A DNA stretch of 64,000 nucleotides from Eledone cirrhosa (taxonomy: Eukaryota), in the NCBI GenBank assembly GCA_964016885.1, contig OZ024746.1:27838001-27902000 (forward strand). Reading direction: 5' to 3'. The notes beneath the pieces are model-generated. The model was not told the DNA's origin, searched no databases, and was given only the letters and a program-made list of their open reading frames with translations. A program made the translations under genes and the position numbers. Below are positions 28,600-42,983 of the stretch, piece after piece. How positions within the stretch are numbered: position 1 is the first letter of the stretch; every line of letters starts with the position of its first letter.

Positions 28600-28788
28600 G
28601 GGCGGTGGATTGGCAGTATCGGTAGAGCGTCGGACGCCATGCTTTCCAGCATAGTTACGTCCTTTTACGATCTGAGTTCAAATCCAGCCGAGGTTGACTT
28701 TGCCTTTCATCCTTACGGGGTCGATAAAATAAAGTACCAGTAATGCACTGGGTATTTGCTGGCCTTGTGCCTAAAGTAGGAACAATTA
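28599..28788 (+). mobile_element. Full-length tRNA-type SINE in (TA)n
   Basis: agggcggtggattggcagtatcggtagagcgtcggac...gcctaaagtaggaacaatt. Confidence 0.93.
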
Positions 28789-28979
28789 TATATATATATA
28801 TATATATACGGAAGGGTGAATATGTATATTTATACACATATATGTGTGTTTGTGTGTGTGTGTACGTATGTGTGCGTGTGTGTTTCCTCTATAAAAAAAC
28901 ACTGACTCTCATTCGCCTCCCCCATCTCATAGTTCCTACATCTTCATCCTATTTGCAACAAGTACCAGGATGTTGTGAT

Positions 28980-29690
28980 TTTCTTCTTCTTCTTCTTCTT
29001 CTTCTTCTTGAGAGGATGAGGGAAGCAGAGTCCTCAAACACTACTTCCCGCGGGTCCTCTCAGAAGCAACCGTCTCCAACTGATCCGGCTGGATCCTCAA
29101 GCGAGACCAGCCAAGCTCATGTATGTCATCCAACCATCTTGCCCTGGATCAAACCTTGGCTGTCCTGTCCGTTGGGTTTTGCACATAAAATCTGTCCAGC
29201 GATTCTTTTCTGAGACATTCTAACCACATGGTCATAGTATCGGAGCTGTGATCTCTCAATTCGGAGAAGTAGCAGCTCTACCTGGAGTGACTCTTTGATC
29301 TCCGAGCTACGCACCCTATCGAGTAATGTTACTCCAATAAACCATCCGGAGGATCCTCATTTCAGCCGCTTGTATTGGCGATCGTATTCCTTTGGTCATT
29401 ACCCAATATTCATGACTATAGGTAAGGATTGTTACGAATACCGAACTAAAGATAGCGATTTTGGTTTTTACGCCTACCTCTGATTACCGAATGCTAAAGC
29501 TGGTGCATTACTGCACCAGTCCTTCAATTCTTGCACTTAATTCAGCCTATTGCCTTTCATCGCTCGTGAACACGGCCCCGAGATACTTGAAATTCTCTAC
29601 TTGCTTCAGTGGAACTTCATTCAGATGCAGAGTGCACCGCCCAGGCTTCCTTGAGAGGTCGAGTGTCTCAGCTTTCCAGATATCCATAAA
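28980..29690 (-). mobile_element. RTE-clade LINE 3' fragment with (GAA)n tail
   Basis: Minus-strand peptides VENFKYLGAVF and LLLRIERSQLRYYDHVVRM..RIAGQIL. (TTC)n at 28980-29009 marks the 3' tail. Confidence 0.82.
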
Positions 29691-30415
29691 TATGTCGTGA
29701 TGTAACCACGAATAATGGCCATGTTGAGTTCAAATTACACCGTGACACACTTCGCTCTTCTTCTACTACCAGTCCTCATTCTCTCCGGCTGACATATCTT
29801 AGATGTTGCACTGTAGCAAAGGATACAGTTGAGTGGGTGTTTGTGTCTCTCCAGATTTGCAGGTGCACTGAAAAACCTTAGCGAAAGTATGGTACAAGTC
29901 ATATTCTATTGAGAGTGACGGCTGTAGTATTGTTATAAAATATATTGTGAACGTGATTAAGTATGAAATAGAGATGTGGAAGGAAAGAATTATATTAGGA
30001 GGAAAGACGGTAACGAGCTTGATATGGAGGCAACTTGGAACATAGAAACATGGGGCGTTTTAGTAAGGTATATTGATTGAGAGTTATATAATAGGGAAAG
30101 ACAAAAGGCGCAGAAAAATGGATAAGGTATAAGAGGAAATTGGATGTTTAGAGAAACAGGTGAAGACAAATTGAGAGCGATGTCAAGGCTGGGAAAGAAA
30201 GCCATATAAAAAGAGAGTTGCATGTGAGTTAAAACGAAATGAAGAAGTGTATGAAAGGAATAAGAGTGGATGAGTATGTATAAATGCGTGATTTGGGTAT
30301 GTGTATAGACATGCATGTATGTGATTGCCTCTGCTGTGCGTATGTGTGTGTGCGTGTGCGTGTGCGTGTGTGCGTATGCGTGTGCGCATATATATTTATA
30401 TAGAGCTATATATAA

Positions 30416-30513
<98 letters not shown>

Positions 30514-31136
30514 GTATCTACCTATCTCTCTCTTTCTCTCTCCCCCCTCTATCAGTCTCTCTCTCTTCTCTCTCTCCCCCTCTCTCTCTCTGTATCTTTA
30601 GTTAGATGTAACCAAAGTGAACTTCGTTGTTGTAGTAGAGAAGGAGATGCACGAAACAGTAAATTCGAGCAGATAAAAAAATAATAGGAAAATGCAGTGA
30701 TTGAGTCGTATGGATAACTGCAGGATGTGGATGGGATGCGTTGATGATAAAGATATATATAAAATAGAGATGAGCAGAGGAGTAGGGAAGTGTATGGAAA
30801 ATGGGAAATATATGGATAGTTATTGAGAAGATATGGAAACAAAGAGTTTACAAATTGTATGGTAGAGTAGAAGGAAAGAAATATTAAGGAAATAAGTGAA
30901 CATATAAACACACACACGCATATATATATATATATATATAAACATATATATATATAAACATGTATGTATATATATATATATACATATATGTTTATATATA
31001 TAAACATATATATATAAACATGTATGTATGTATATATATATATATATATATATACATATATGTTTATATATATATTTTTATATATATATATATATATACA
31101 TGTTTATATATATATGTGTATGTGTGTGTTTGAGAG

Positions 31137-31222
<86 letters not shown>

Positions 31223-31367
31223 TATGCGTGTTTGTGTAGTACTGTGTCTGTGAGCATGTTTATATGGGGTGGAAAAAAATAATGAAGAGACTGAGAGAAT
31301 GTATATGAGAAAAAGAAAAAGAAGAAAGTAAATATATATATATAAAAACAGACAAATAGATAAATAA

Positions 31368-31416
<49 letters not shown>

Positions 31417-32020
31417 ATCGGAACGACTTCCTTTTGTTTTTATTTATATTCTATTAAATAGCGAAAATATTCCCTGAAGATAATACTTTTGAAATATAAC
31501 AATTGCGAAAATGTTGGCAGGAATCCAGAAACCTTGAAATCAATAATGAAGCCATAATATGGCACCATCATAATAGTAACTCTCTCCTTCTCCCTCAATG
31601 TCTCTTTCTTTACACTCTCCCTTTCTTCTCCTTCTCCCTTTCTATCTCTTTCCCTAATAGATAATACAGGAAAACAATGATTCGTTGAATAAAAGAATGA
31701 AAGAACGATCGAATGTGAGAAAAAGCGGAAGAAATCTTAGAAAAATCTGAAATTTAAGCCTTTATAAACATTATGATGGATATAAAATGTGAGATTCCAT
31801 TAATATCTATATTTAAAAGAGATATATTGTACAAATGAGTATAAACATTGTCTGAAAGGATATTTTATGTCAAAATATTGAGAATAGTCCATCGAACGAC
31901 ATAATTGAAATTGGCAATTCTGCCATAGCAATTCTATAGTTTATTCTTTGCGTTTACAACTTTATATTGGCACCCTTCATATCCCATTTGGTTTTCTATT
32001 TTCTTTACATATATCTATCT

Positions 32021-32114
<94 letters not shown>

Positions 32115-32244
32115 TCTCTCTCTCTATATATATATATAGTATATATATATATATATATATATATACTATTTTCGCAATTGTTATATATATATATACTGTA
32201 TATATATATATGTATATATATGTGTGTGTATGTGTGTGTGTGTT

Positions 32245-32662
<418 letters not shown>

Positions 32663-34225
32663 TATTTCGAGTATTTTTCAGCGATAGTTAAGTGTTTCAA
32701 CAAATGTGTGCTGTGCTCATAAATATATCCTCGGCATACATCGGTATTCTGTATATTTCGGACTAAAACAATTCTTGTTTTCTGTCCGTCTTACAATCAT
32801 AAATTTTTATAGGTTACATTCAACGATCATAGCTATATTGGTATTTTAATAACTACACTATTTTTACTACAGTAGGTTATAAACATATTTACTTTTTATT
32901 TTATGTTCAATATATATATAGCAAAACATCGAATGTAGCAGTCAGTATCTATAAAAAATATTATTTCGATTATATATACGATATATGAGTCCTTAATTCA
33001 GTACAAGAGTGAGTTTGTTCTAAGATCCACCGTCAGAGGTATATTCTTTGAATTGTTAAAATAACTTTCCACTATGTGTCAAACAGATGAAACTCCGAAA
33101 TATTTAAGGAAATCTGTGGAAATTCGGACTCACTAACCATTCTCTGAGATTTTGAAAATTACCAATAACCCTTGCCAAAATTACTATAACATCAGTCAAT
33201 AAGTACACCTTATGTTCTCAAAGTTACCATGGTTTCTATCGTTTGCGTTTCAACAGATATTTTATTATAATAATGTAATAGGAGCTTAAGTTCGGCATAT
33301 ATTGAAAGAAAAATCTCTCTGACACCTGAATTCACAGAGAGTTAACTTTAGTTATATTTTTATGGTTAGTTTGTTAGATTTCCTAGAATATTTTTCACGA
33401 GAACTCATTACACTGACAGTAAAACACAGTTAACATAAAAAAAAAAAACATTAATAATATGGCGTTTCTTCATTTGTGTAAATGCGACTCATGTTTTTAC
33501 ACAAAAATATAGTCGTATCCGTGAAATGCCCAGAAGAAACGAAGCATTCTATAAAGCAACAGCATAAGAAAAGCTAACAACACAATACAAATCTAAAAAA
33601 TGCTCACTAGAGCTAACAAGAAAACCTCACTATATAAACAACAAATGCTCACTAAACAAACAACAAAAGCTAACAAAAAATAGGGAAAAAAACGACTATG
33701 TAATACACGTTAAGTCTTCAAAATTTCTTATCTTATAATCAGCCTCGAGGGACATTAACTTTTGTTTAATCTAATCGCACATCGTATCTCGGATTGTTAT
33801 ATTATTAAAGCCATCTTAAACTAACGAATGTCGTTGAAATCGTATACGCTATTGATTTATTTCAACGATTTGTATCAGTTGGTTATAGGGTTGTGATCTT
33901 TTAGAATTATATACCAGCGAATATCCCCCAATCATTGAGTTGAATATAAGATTGCAATCTACTGCAGATTCGTACACACCCTACTGTTTATCAGTTGAAG
34001 TTATTTCACCTAATTGACTAATGACCTAGATACAAGACTGAAGATAATGAATTTCTCCCAGGTGAAGAAATGACACACATTTAACTTTATTTCACTTGCA
34101 AATGATAAATGGAATGTTGCTTTGAAAAGCTTTATATTTAATGAATACTATGGTAATCTTGCTTTCTCGCAGCCCATTAGTTATGAATAACCAGAATATA
34201 AACGTTTGATTTGGGACATTATTAT

Positions 34226-34530
34226 TTGCCTTTCATCCTTACGGGGTCGATAAAATAAAGTACTAGTAATACACTGGGATAATTGCTGGCCTTGTGCCAA
34301 AAGTAGAAACAATTATTATATATTTCAGTACCGGTAGAGCGTCGGACAACAGGCTTTGCAGCATAGAGTTACGACCTTTTACGTTCTGTGTTCATATCAC
34401 GCTGAGTTTCGCTTTACCTTTCATCCGGATGGGGTCGATAAAATAAAGTACAAGTCACGCACTGGGGTCGATTTAATCGACTTTCCCTTCCCCTCAAATT
34501 GCTGGCCTTGTGCCTATAATAGAAATCATT
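34226..34530 (+). mobile_element. Two adjacent SINE copies (3' half of short subfamily + long subfamily)
   Basis: tttgcctttcatccttacggggtcgataaaataaagtac...; cagtaccggtagagcgtcggac...ggggtcgatttaatcgac...gctggccttgtgcc. Confidence 0.85.
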
Positions 34531-35744
34531 ATATATTTATTGAAGCACCGTGTGAAATCCATGTCTTTCTCAAAAGCGCAAGCAGGTTATGTGGACTTGA
34601 TAGTGTTGTTGTCAATGTATGAATATTGTTACACGTCTCATTACTCTGGTTAAATAAACAATCATACAAAAACCCAAATGTGTTATATTGTAGTGAATAG
34701 CTATATCAACTAGCTAGTTAATGAAATATTTACAAAAAAAATTGATAAGTTTGACAGTAGTTAATTTGTAATAGTTCTATTTAATTTAATCAAAAAGAGC
34801 TAATACCACCTAGCTATGTATATGATATAGGTATAGATATATGATTTCTATAGAAGCTAACCTATGATATGAAAGAAATTCGATAAATAAAACTATGATA
34901 TAAATATTCAAACTGCAAATTGTTACAATATTTACAATATTCGTTTAAGTTCTCTGCTTTCTGAGTTCAAATATCACTGAAGTCAACTTGGCTGTCATTC
35001 TTTTGGGATCGACAGAGAAAATATCGATCCAATATTCGATTCGAGTCGATTCTTCCGCTATCTCTCTTTCTAGCTTCTCTCTCTCCCTTCCTGTCTCTCT
35101 CTCGCTCTGTCTTTGTCATTTTCTTTCTTGTCTTCTCTCTCTCTTTCTCTCTCTCCCTCTCTCTCTCTATTCCTCTCTCTCTCTTTCTCCCTTTGTCGTT
35201 ATCTTTCTTGTGTTCTCTCTCTCTTTTTCTCTCCCCACCCCCTCTCTCTCCCTTTGTCGTTATCTTTCTTGTGTTCCCTCTCTCTCTCTCTTCCTATCTC
35301 TCTCTCTCTCTAGCTTCCTTTCTGTCACTTTTTTTCTCTCCCTCACTCATATTCACGTTCGAAGAAATTGAGTATAATCAGACCTGGAGAGGGATGAGGG
35401 CTCCTCCAGGTTTTAAATGCCCAAGACCCGTCACGTGTGACGAGGACATCTGTAAGACTCATTGTATAGCTACGTGCCTATCTAATCTCCGAATACTGGC
35501 AATTAAAATATTATTCGTAGCAAGAGAGAAAAATAACACGAAAGAAAGAGAAACAAATTGCAAATACAAGCCATATCATGTCGGAGCCAGCAAAATAAAT
35601 TTGCAATGCCATGCCAATGGTTCTTCATCTCCTGCTCGAGTTTTGGTGCAGCCTTTTTGGTGTTTAACCTGTCGGAGTACATCCCTCTTTAGATCAGTAC
35701 AGAGGAAAATAGAGAGTGAGAAGTGGTTTAAATGAAAAATCACA

Positions 35745-35892
35745 TCCAGTATTGTACTGGTATTTTATTTATCAACTTCGAAAAGATAGAATGCAAAGTT
35801 GAGCTCAGCGGGAGTTAAACTCAGAACAATAGAGTAAATACCAGAATGTTATTTAATTAGCACGCTCTAACAACCTCTCCATCTCACCGTTA
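35745..35892 (-). mobile_element. Old SINE copy (others at ~34945-35045, ~38820-38895)
   Basis: actggtattttatttatc...gcaaagttgagctcagcgggagttaaactcagaac. Confidence 0.65.
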
Positions 35893-36356
35893 TATTTAGT
35901 TGATTTTGAATTAAATCGTGTGTATTGGTAACTAGAGAAAATCCATTGTAGGCGTTCATTATGAAACAAAACATTTTACCCTGACGCAATTAGTACTCCA
36001 TAAACGTAACAGATGAAGTTTAAAGATAACGTAAAAATTCTATAGAAGCAGGTTCATTAAGTATAGTCTATGGGGAATGTTAGATATATTCTGACTGCAT
36101 AATTATGTAATTGCTATCAGTGATCAATGTTTAAATTTATAGAGTTATTATTTCATCTTATCAAAAGTCTATACAATTGCTTCTGGATATCAAAGTGTGT
36201 CGTCAATTGTAATTAGATAATTCGTTGAAGTTGGTAATGTTAAAAACAGACCTGCATTGCAGTATTTTGTTCTTCAGTCTTGTTATCGTCGGTCAGGTTA
36301 TATAAGATGGATTGTTTATACATACATATATATGTATGTATATATATATATACATA

Positions 36357-36389
<33 letters not shown>

Positions 36390-36391
36390 AC

Positions 36392-36563
<172 letters not shown>

Positions 36564-36719
36564 ATAAATGCTCTGAAATAGCGATATATATGTGAATATA
36601 GACATAGAATATTCGAAAATATTCTGTATGTTTATAATAAACATTTTGAAGACCTAATCGCTATAGAATAGAATACGTCACGTATTACAATTAGATTCTC
36701 GATAAAAGCAAGGGAAGTA

Positions 36720-36758
36720 AGTCTACGCGTTTCATTCTTGTTAGAATTCATCAGGACT
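36720..36758 (-). ncRNA. Minimal hammerhead ribozyme, inverted copy
   Basis: Reverse complement of AGTC-CTGATGA-ATTC(taacaa)GAAT-GAAAC-GC-GTA-GACT. Confidence 0.85.
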
Positions 36759-37148
36759 ACATATCCAGTGCTTTTATCGAGAATGACACAGCTAGAGACT
36801 TATAGAATACTTAGCTGTGTACAGGAACTGGTTTGAAAGAGCGGTTGCCGGTCCGGCAGAAATTAGAAATTGGAATAAATGCTCTGAAATAGCGATATAT
36901 ATGTGAATATAGACATAGAATATTCGAAAATATTCTGTATGTTTATAATAAACATTTTGAAGACCTAATCGCTATAGAATAGAATATTCTATGTCTATAT
37001 TCACATATATATCGCTATTTCAGAGCATTTATTCCAATTTCTAATTTCTGCCGGACCGGCAACCGCTCTTTCAAACCAGTTCCTGTACACAGCTAAGTAT
37101 TCTATAAGTCTCTAGCTGTGTCATTCTCGATAAAAGCACTGGATATGT

Positions 37149-37187
37149 AGTCCTGATGAATTCTAACAAGAATGAAACGCGTAGACT
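37149..37187 (+). ncRNA. Minimal hammerhead ribozyme, unit 1
   Basis: AGTC-CTGATGA-ATTC(taacaa)GAAT-GAAAC-GC-GTA-GACT. Canonical core, palindromic stem III ACGCGT, predicted cut after 37183. Confidence 0.88.
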
Positions 37188-37459
37188 TACTTCCCTTGCT
37201 TTTATCGAGAATCTAATTGTAATACGTGACGTATTCTATTCTATAGCGATTAGGTCTTCAAAATGTTTATTATAAACATACAGAATATTTTCGAATATTC
37301 TATGTCTATATTCACATATATATCGCTATTTCAGAGCATTTATTCCAATTTCTAATTTCTGCCGGACCGGCAACCGCTCTTTCAAACCAGTTCCTGTACA
37401 CAGCTAAGTATTCTATAAGTCTCTAGCTGTGTCATTCTCGATAAAAGCACTGGATATGT

Positions 37460-37498
37460 AGTCCTGATGAATTCTAACAAGAATGAAACGCGTAGACT
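37460..37498 (+). ncRNA. Minimal hammerhead ribozyme, unit 2
   Basis: Same motif, +311 bp. Confidence 0.88.
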
Positions 37499-37770
37499 TA
37501 CTTCCCTTGCTTTTATCGAGAATCTAATTGTAATACGTGACGTATTCTATTCTATAGCGATTAGGTCTTCAAAATGTTTATTATAAACATACAGAATATT
37601 TTCGAATATTCTATGTCTATATTCACATATATATCGCTATTTCAGAGCATTTATTCCAATTTCTAATTTCTGCCGGACCGGCAACCGCTCTTTCAAACCA
37701 GTTCCTGTACACAGCTAAGTATTCTATAAGTCTCTAGCTGTGTCATTCTCGATAAAAGCACTGGATATGT

Positions 37771-37809
37771 AGTCCTGATGAATTCTAACAAGAATGAAAC
37801 GCGTAGACT
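37771..37809 (+). ncRNA. Minimal hammerhead ribozyme, unit 3
   Basis: Same motif, +622 bp. Confidence 0.88.
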
Positions 37810-38081
37810 TACTTCCCTTGCTTTTATCGAGAATCTAATTGTAATACGTGACGTATTCTATTCTATAGCGATTAGGTCTTCAAAATGTTTATTATAAACA
37901 TACAGAATATTTTCGAATATTCTATGTCTATATTCACATATATATCGCTATTTCAGAGCATTTATTCCAATTTCTAATTTCTGCCGGACCGGCAACCGCT
38001 CTTTCAAACCAGTTCCTGTACACAGCTAAGTATTCTATAAGTCTCTAGCTGTGTCATTCTCGATAAAAGCACTGGATATGT

Positions 38082-38120
38082 AGTCCTGATGAATTCTAAC
38101 AAGAATGAAACGCGTAGACT
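38082..38120 (+). ncRNA. Minimal hammerhead ribozyme, unit 4
   Basis: Same motif, +933 bp. Confidence 0.88.
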
Positions 38121-38243
38121 TACTTCCCTTGCTTTTATCGAGAATCTAATTGTAATACGTGACGTATTCTATTCTATAGCGATTAGGTCTTCAAAATGTT
38201 TATTATAAACATACAGAATATTTTCGAATATTCTATGTCTATA

Positions 38244-38307
<64 letters not shown>

Positions 38308-38416
38308 CACACACACACACACAACACATAACAGAAACGAAAAAACAAACAAAGCAAACAAAACAGTACAATGAAGAAATATATTAGTTTAACGTTTGAT
38401 ATAGTAGGAAAATAAT

Positions 38417-38450
38417 TTTTACGTTTCAGACATTAGTCCTTCTTTAGAAG
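38417..38450 (-). ncRNA. Decayed minimal hammerhead motif
   Basis: Minus strand: TT-CTAAAGA-A-GGAC(taat)GTCT-GAAAC-GTA-AA. G5>A in the core, weak stem I. Confidence 0.4.
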
Positions 38451-39322
38451 ATAGAATGGAAAATAAAAGATGAAATCGAAAGAGAAGCGGAAGGAATGGA
38501 AAAGTAAATTGTTAGAAAAAGCACGTCTGTATTCAGTCAGCCATTCCTATATACATGTGGTGTGTGTGTGTGTGTGCGGGTGTGCGTGTGTGTGTGTCTG
38601 TGTCTGTGTGTGTAATTAATTAAACCATATCAGTCATTGTGTTAGTGTAGTCTCCTCTTCACTGCATGATATTTATCTAATTAGGTTCATCTAACTAATT
38701 TGAATATTGACGGTAGCTTCATTATTATGTCGAATGGCTCATTTGAACTACACTTATACTAGAAATGCTCCCTTTCCGAAACATTATCTTAAGATTAGAT
38801 GTAATCATCTACATTCGGAGTTCATCCTAAGTTCAAATCACACTGAGTGCGCCTTCGCCTGTCATTTTCCACAAGTTCGATAAAGTAAATACCATCTAGT
38901 CATGTATCAGTTTATATTACCGGAATGCGTTGTCTGATAGCTGCTGGAGAGGAGATTAAATGAACACATTCAACACATGCGCAATATATCTAGGTTTCAG
39001 CCATTAAAACGGATACGACTGAAAGGAAATTGATATGATCAGATGAATTGCCTAGTAAAAACAAACACAGCAGCAAGTCGTGAATATCCATAGCCCAAAG
39101 GAGAGAGGGAAAAGAAAATCGTTGATAAAGTAAATAAAAATAAAAATCCTTCTAACCTATTTGGTAAATGTATGAAATTGAGACGACAGTTTAGGACCAG
39201 GAAGCTGCCAAACTATACAGTGTTCGTGCAAGATCTGTCACGCGTGACAAATAGAGCCAACTCGGTCAATTTCAACATGAATGGCTTGCTGCCAAACATG
39301 AAAGTTTCTATATCTATCAAAC

Positions 39323-39680
<358 letters not shown>

Positions 39681-39778
39681 CAGAGAGAGAGAGAGAAAGT
39701 TGTCTATGTATCTACCTATCAATCTAACTAGCTAACTAGCTGTCTGTCTATCTGACTTTCTATCTTTTCCTCTCTCTA

Positions 39779-39827
<49 letters not shown>

Positions 39828-40103
39828 TTCATATATATATATATATGTGTGTGTGTAGAGAGAGAGAGAGAGCGAGAGAGACGGGGGGAAAGAAAGAGAG
39901 AGAGCGAGGTGAGTGTACCCCCATATATACGTGTCAACGTGTGTATATAACATTTGTGAGTGTGTCCATGTATCTCTCGCTCAATCTTGCTTTCTTTCTC
40001 TCTCTCTCACGACATTCTCTCTCTCCCCCCTCTCTCTCTGTCTCTCTATACACACACATATATATATACATCTAAATATATATATATATATATATATATA
40101 ATT

Positions 40104-40520
40104 ATTATAAAGAAAACGAAAAATCAGTGATGCATCTCGACTTAGTTTATTTCGTGTTACAAATGTTTCCCGGCATGTAGCTCGAGTCATGGTCCTTGTA
40201 TGGATCTGGCTGATTCTACTTCTGCGGGTACTTTCAGACACGGATGTTATGTCCGCAGCAAATTTTATCACTGTGATAAAATTTGCTCCGGACATAACAC
40301 CCGTGTCTGAAAGAACCCGCAGAAGTAGAATCAGCCAGATCTATACAAGGACCATGACTCGAGCTTCATGCCGGCGAAACATTTGAAACACGAAATAAAC
40401 TAAGTATGCATCACTGATTTTTCGTTTTCTTTATAATATCTACACTCTACTCTGATGAATATCGAGTGCTAATTTTGGCATACCGCCTACGGAAGCACCA
40501 TAGCTACGACTATACACAAA
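40104..40520 (+). mobile_element. Family D fold-back element: ~335-bp near-perfect palindrome + tail in (TA)n
   Basis: 40104-40271 pairs with 40273-40437 around ...aattttatcac-t-gtgataaaattt.... Tail 40438-40520. (TA)n flanks. Confidence 0.8.
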
Positions 40521-40903
40521 TATATATATATATATAGGTTTGTGTATTTCAACAAGAAATCATTCTTAATTTATCGCTTTTTTTTCCAGCCCCCTCAGCT
40601 ATTAGTTAATTAACGTTTGTTCACGTTTTTTTCCTGCAACATTGTCTCCCTCTAGACTTTCGATTATCTGCGCTTATTTGGGGGCTGTCTTCTTTCCCCC
40701 TCTTGTTCTTTACTCCCTTTCTGAGTAAACTTTTTCGGGTTCATTTTGATCGACACAAGTTTAACATGTTGGTCCTCAGGGCTAGCGAAACGTACGTATT
40801 TGGTATGGCAACATTGTAGTAACTGGCATTGATAATTATATATATATATTGAGAGAGAGAGAGAGATATAGGAGAGAGAGAGAGAGAGAGAGATAGATAG
40901 AGA

Positions 40904-41760
40904 CATGTACGGTCTTCAGCTAATGCGTCCCAGTTTTTCATGTCAGTTTTTCATGTTAGGATTGTGTTTTATCCTTAAACCGCTTGTTTGGTTTATCCTG
41001 TGACCAGTTCCCTCTAATCAGCTCTCCATAAAATAACTGTTTAAGCAGCCATCCATCTTCCGTCCTGACAACACGATCAGCCTAACGTATCTAGCTCATA
41101 ATATCCCTTCTCACAATAATGGTGCTACCCGCTTTCTCAAGCACAGCAGCAGCAATTGTGTAAGAGGACTACTTGATGTTCAGGATGCGTTGAATGTAAT
41201 GCTGATGAAAGATGTTCAGCTTCCTGATAAGATGTTTGTAAGTTGTCCCCATTTAGCATTCCAATAGATGTGCCTCTGCAACAAGGTATATCTCATACAG
41301 CTTGTTCTTCTCTCCATAGAGCCTGATGATTGCATCATCATTTTCCCCAAACCATTCTCGATATTTGTTTGCTGAAGACCGAATACATCACCCTCAGTAC
41401 TTTGTTATAAATTGTTCCCAAATTCCCCCAAAGTCAATGTTATCAAGTACATTTTGAAGAGCATCTCGCATTTCTAAATTTTACAGTTTGATACATTTGT
41501 CTATACATTTGGATACTGGTACGTCTGCCACCCTCAATTATCTTCTGATCTACACCTTCATCTTGCTCGTGTAAGTTTTTGGTTTGTACTACATTCCGCA
41601 ATATGCATTACACTTACGGATGTATCTATGTTGATTTCTGGATGTCCTTTTTCTGAAAAACGTATTGCATACGATCAACTCAAGCTTCGTATATAATTAC
41701 AATAGAAGATCATTTGCCTTCATCTTGCCCATTCCGTGTCATTCTAGTGCTTTGAAATAT
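40904..41760 (-). mobile_element. Degenerate, internally deleted RTE-clade LINE
   Basis: Minus-strand peptides KYREWFGENDDAII.L.GEK, KLNIFHQHYIQRILNIK, KRFKD and NWDALAEDR. Confidence 0.7.
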
Positions 41761-42213
41761 CCATGAAGCAAGATCTTGTCCGAATTTGGGATCGATGTTA
41801 TACACCCTCGTAAATCTTGGTAAACATTCTTAGTTGGTTCCTGGTTAATACTCAGGGTAAGGAGATACACTGAAATTACAGTCATGAAAGGTTCAATTGC
41901 AAGAGCAACTCTCAGATGAATACACACATACATATATTCATACTTCCATCCATCCATACATACATATATACACACACATACACATATATTCATTCATACA
42001 TATATACAAACATGCATACATACATACATACAGGCATACATAACTACCTACCAACACATATAAACACATACATATATGCTTGCATACACACATACATACA
42101 TTACATACATGCATACATACATACATACACACATACATTACATACATGCATACATACATACATACATACATACATACATACATACATACATACATACATA
42201 CATACATACATAC

Positions 42214-42800
42214 ATGGTACGGCCACACGTAGAATTTGCATCACCAGTCTGGAACCCCATCTTGCTCAGAACATTGACCTTCTGGGAACTGTTCAGAAAC
42301 GTGCGACCAAGCGAATACTCTCTTTTAGGCATCTACCATACTCTGAATGCCTTGCCTCCCGGGGCATGGATACATTGAAGCTCAGGCGTCTGGCAACTGA
42401 CTTGGTAAGCACCCACAACATTATTAACCATCTTGCCAACAACAAGCCTGAGCAACTTTTTTGAATTCCATGTGCTTAACACACGTGGACATGCCTACAA
42501 AGTCAGAAAACTGCACAGCTCCTATGACTTTCGGAAACATTTTCCCACGCTTAGAGTTGCTGAAGCATGGAACAAACTACCTCCATCAATTGATAGCTGT
42601 CGGGATACTGCATCCTTTAAAACCTCCAGGCTTCCTGAGATTCGCTAACACTACACCTGATATCCTCCACTCCATACACACGCACACATGCATATCATGA
42701 CTGTTCACTTTCCTGACATTTGTACATTATTCTATGTACTATACATGCACCTTTGATGAGTTGTAGTGAACCTGAGCACTGTACACAATAATTTCATTAT
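42214..42800 (+). mobile_element. CR1-group LINE 3' end, adjacent to (CATA)n
   Basis: MVRPHVEFASPVWNP, TVQKRATKRI..RHLPYSECL, LKLRRLATDL, NTRGHAYKVRK..FRKHF.TLRVAEAWNKLP..FK, then 3' UTR ending aataatttcattatt. Confidence 0.88.
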
Positions 42801-42955
42801 TGGTGGATTGGCAGTATCGGTAGAGGGTCGGACGCCATGCTTTCCAGCATAGTTACGCCCCTTTACAGACTGAGATCAAATCCTTACGGGGTCGTTAAAA
42901 TAAAGTACCAGTAATGTACTGGGTAATTGCTGGCCTTGTTCCAAATCTAGAAACA
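42801..42955 (+). mobile_element. tRNA-type SINE with internal deletion
   Basis: tggtggattggcagtatcggtagagggtcggac...aaatcc/ttacgggg...tagaaacaatt(att)n. Confidence 0.88.
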
Positions 42956-42983
42956 ATTATTATTATTATTATTATTATTATTA

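Noticed and set aside
28599-28700. tRNA gene (A/B boxes)
   Set aside because: Head of a multi-copy SINE with conserved body, tail and TSDs; no clean cloverleaf.
31471-31500. ctgaaga...gaaa match
   Set aside because: No stem II or stem I pairing; expected by chance in AT-rich DNA.
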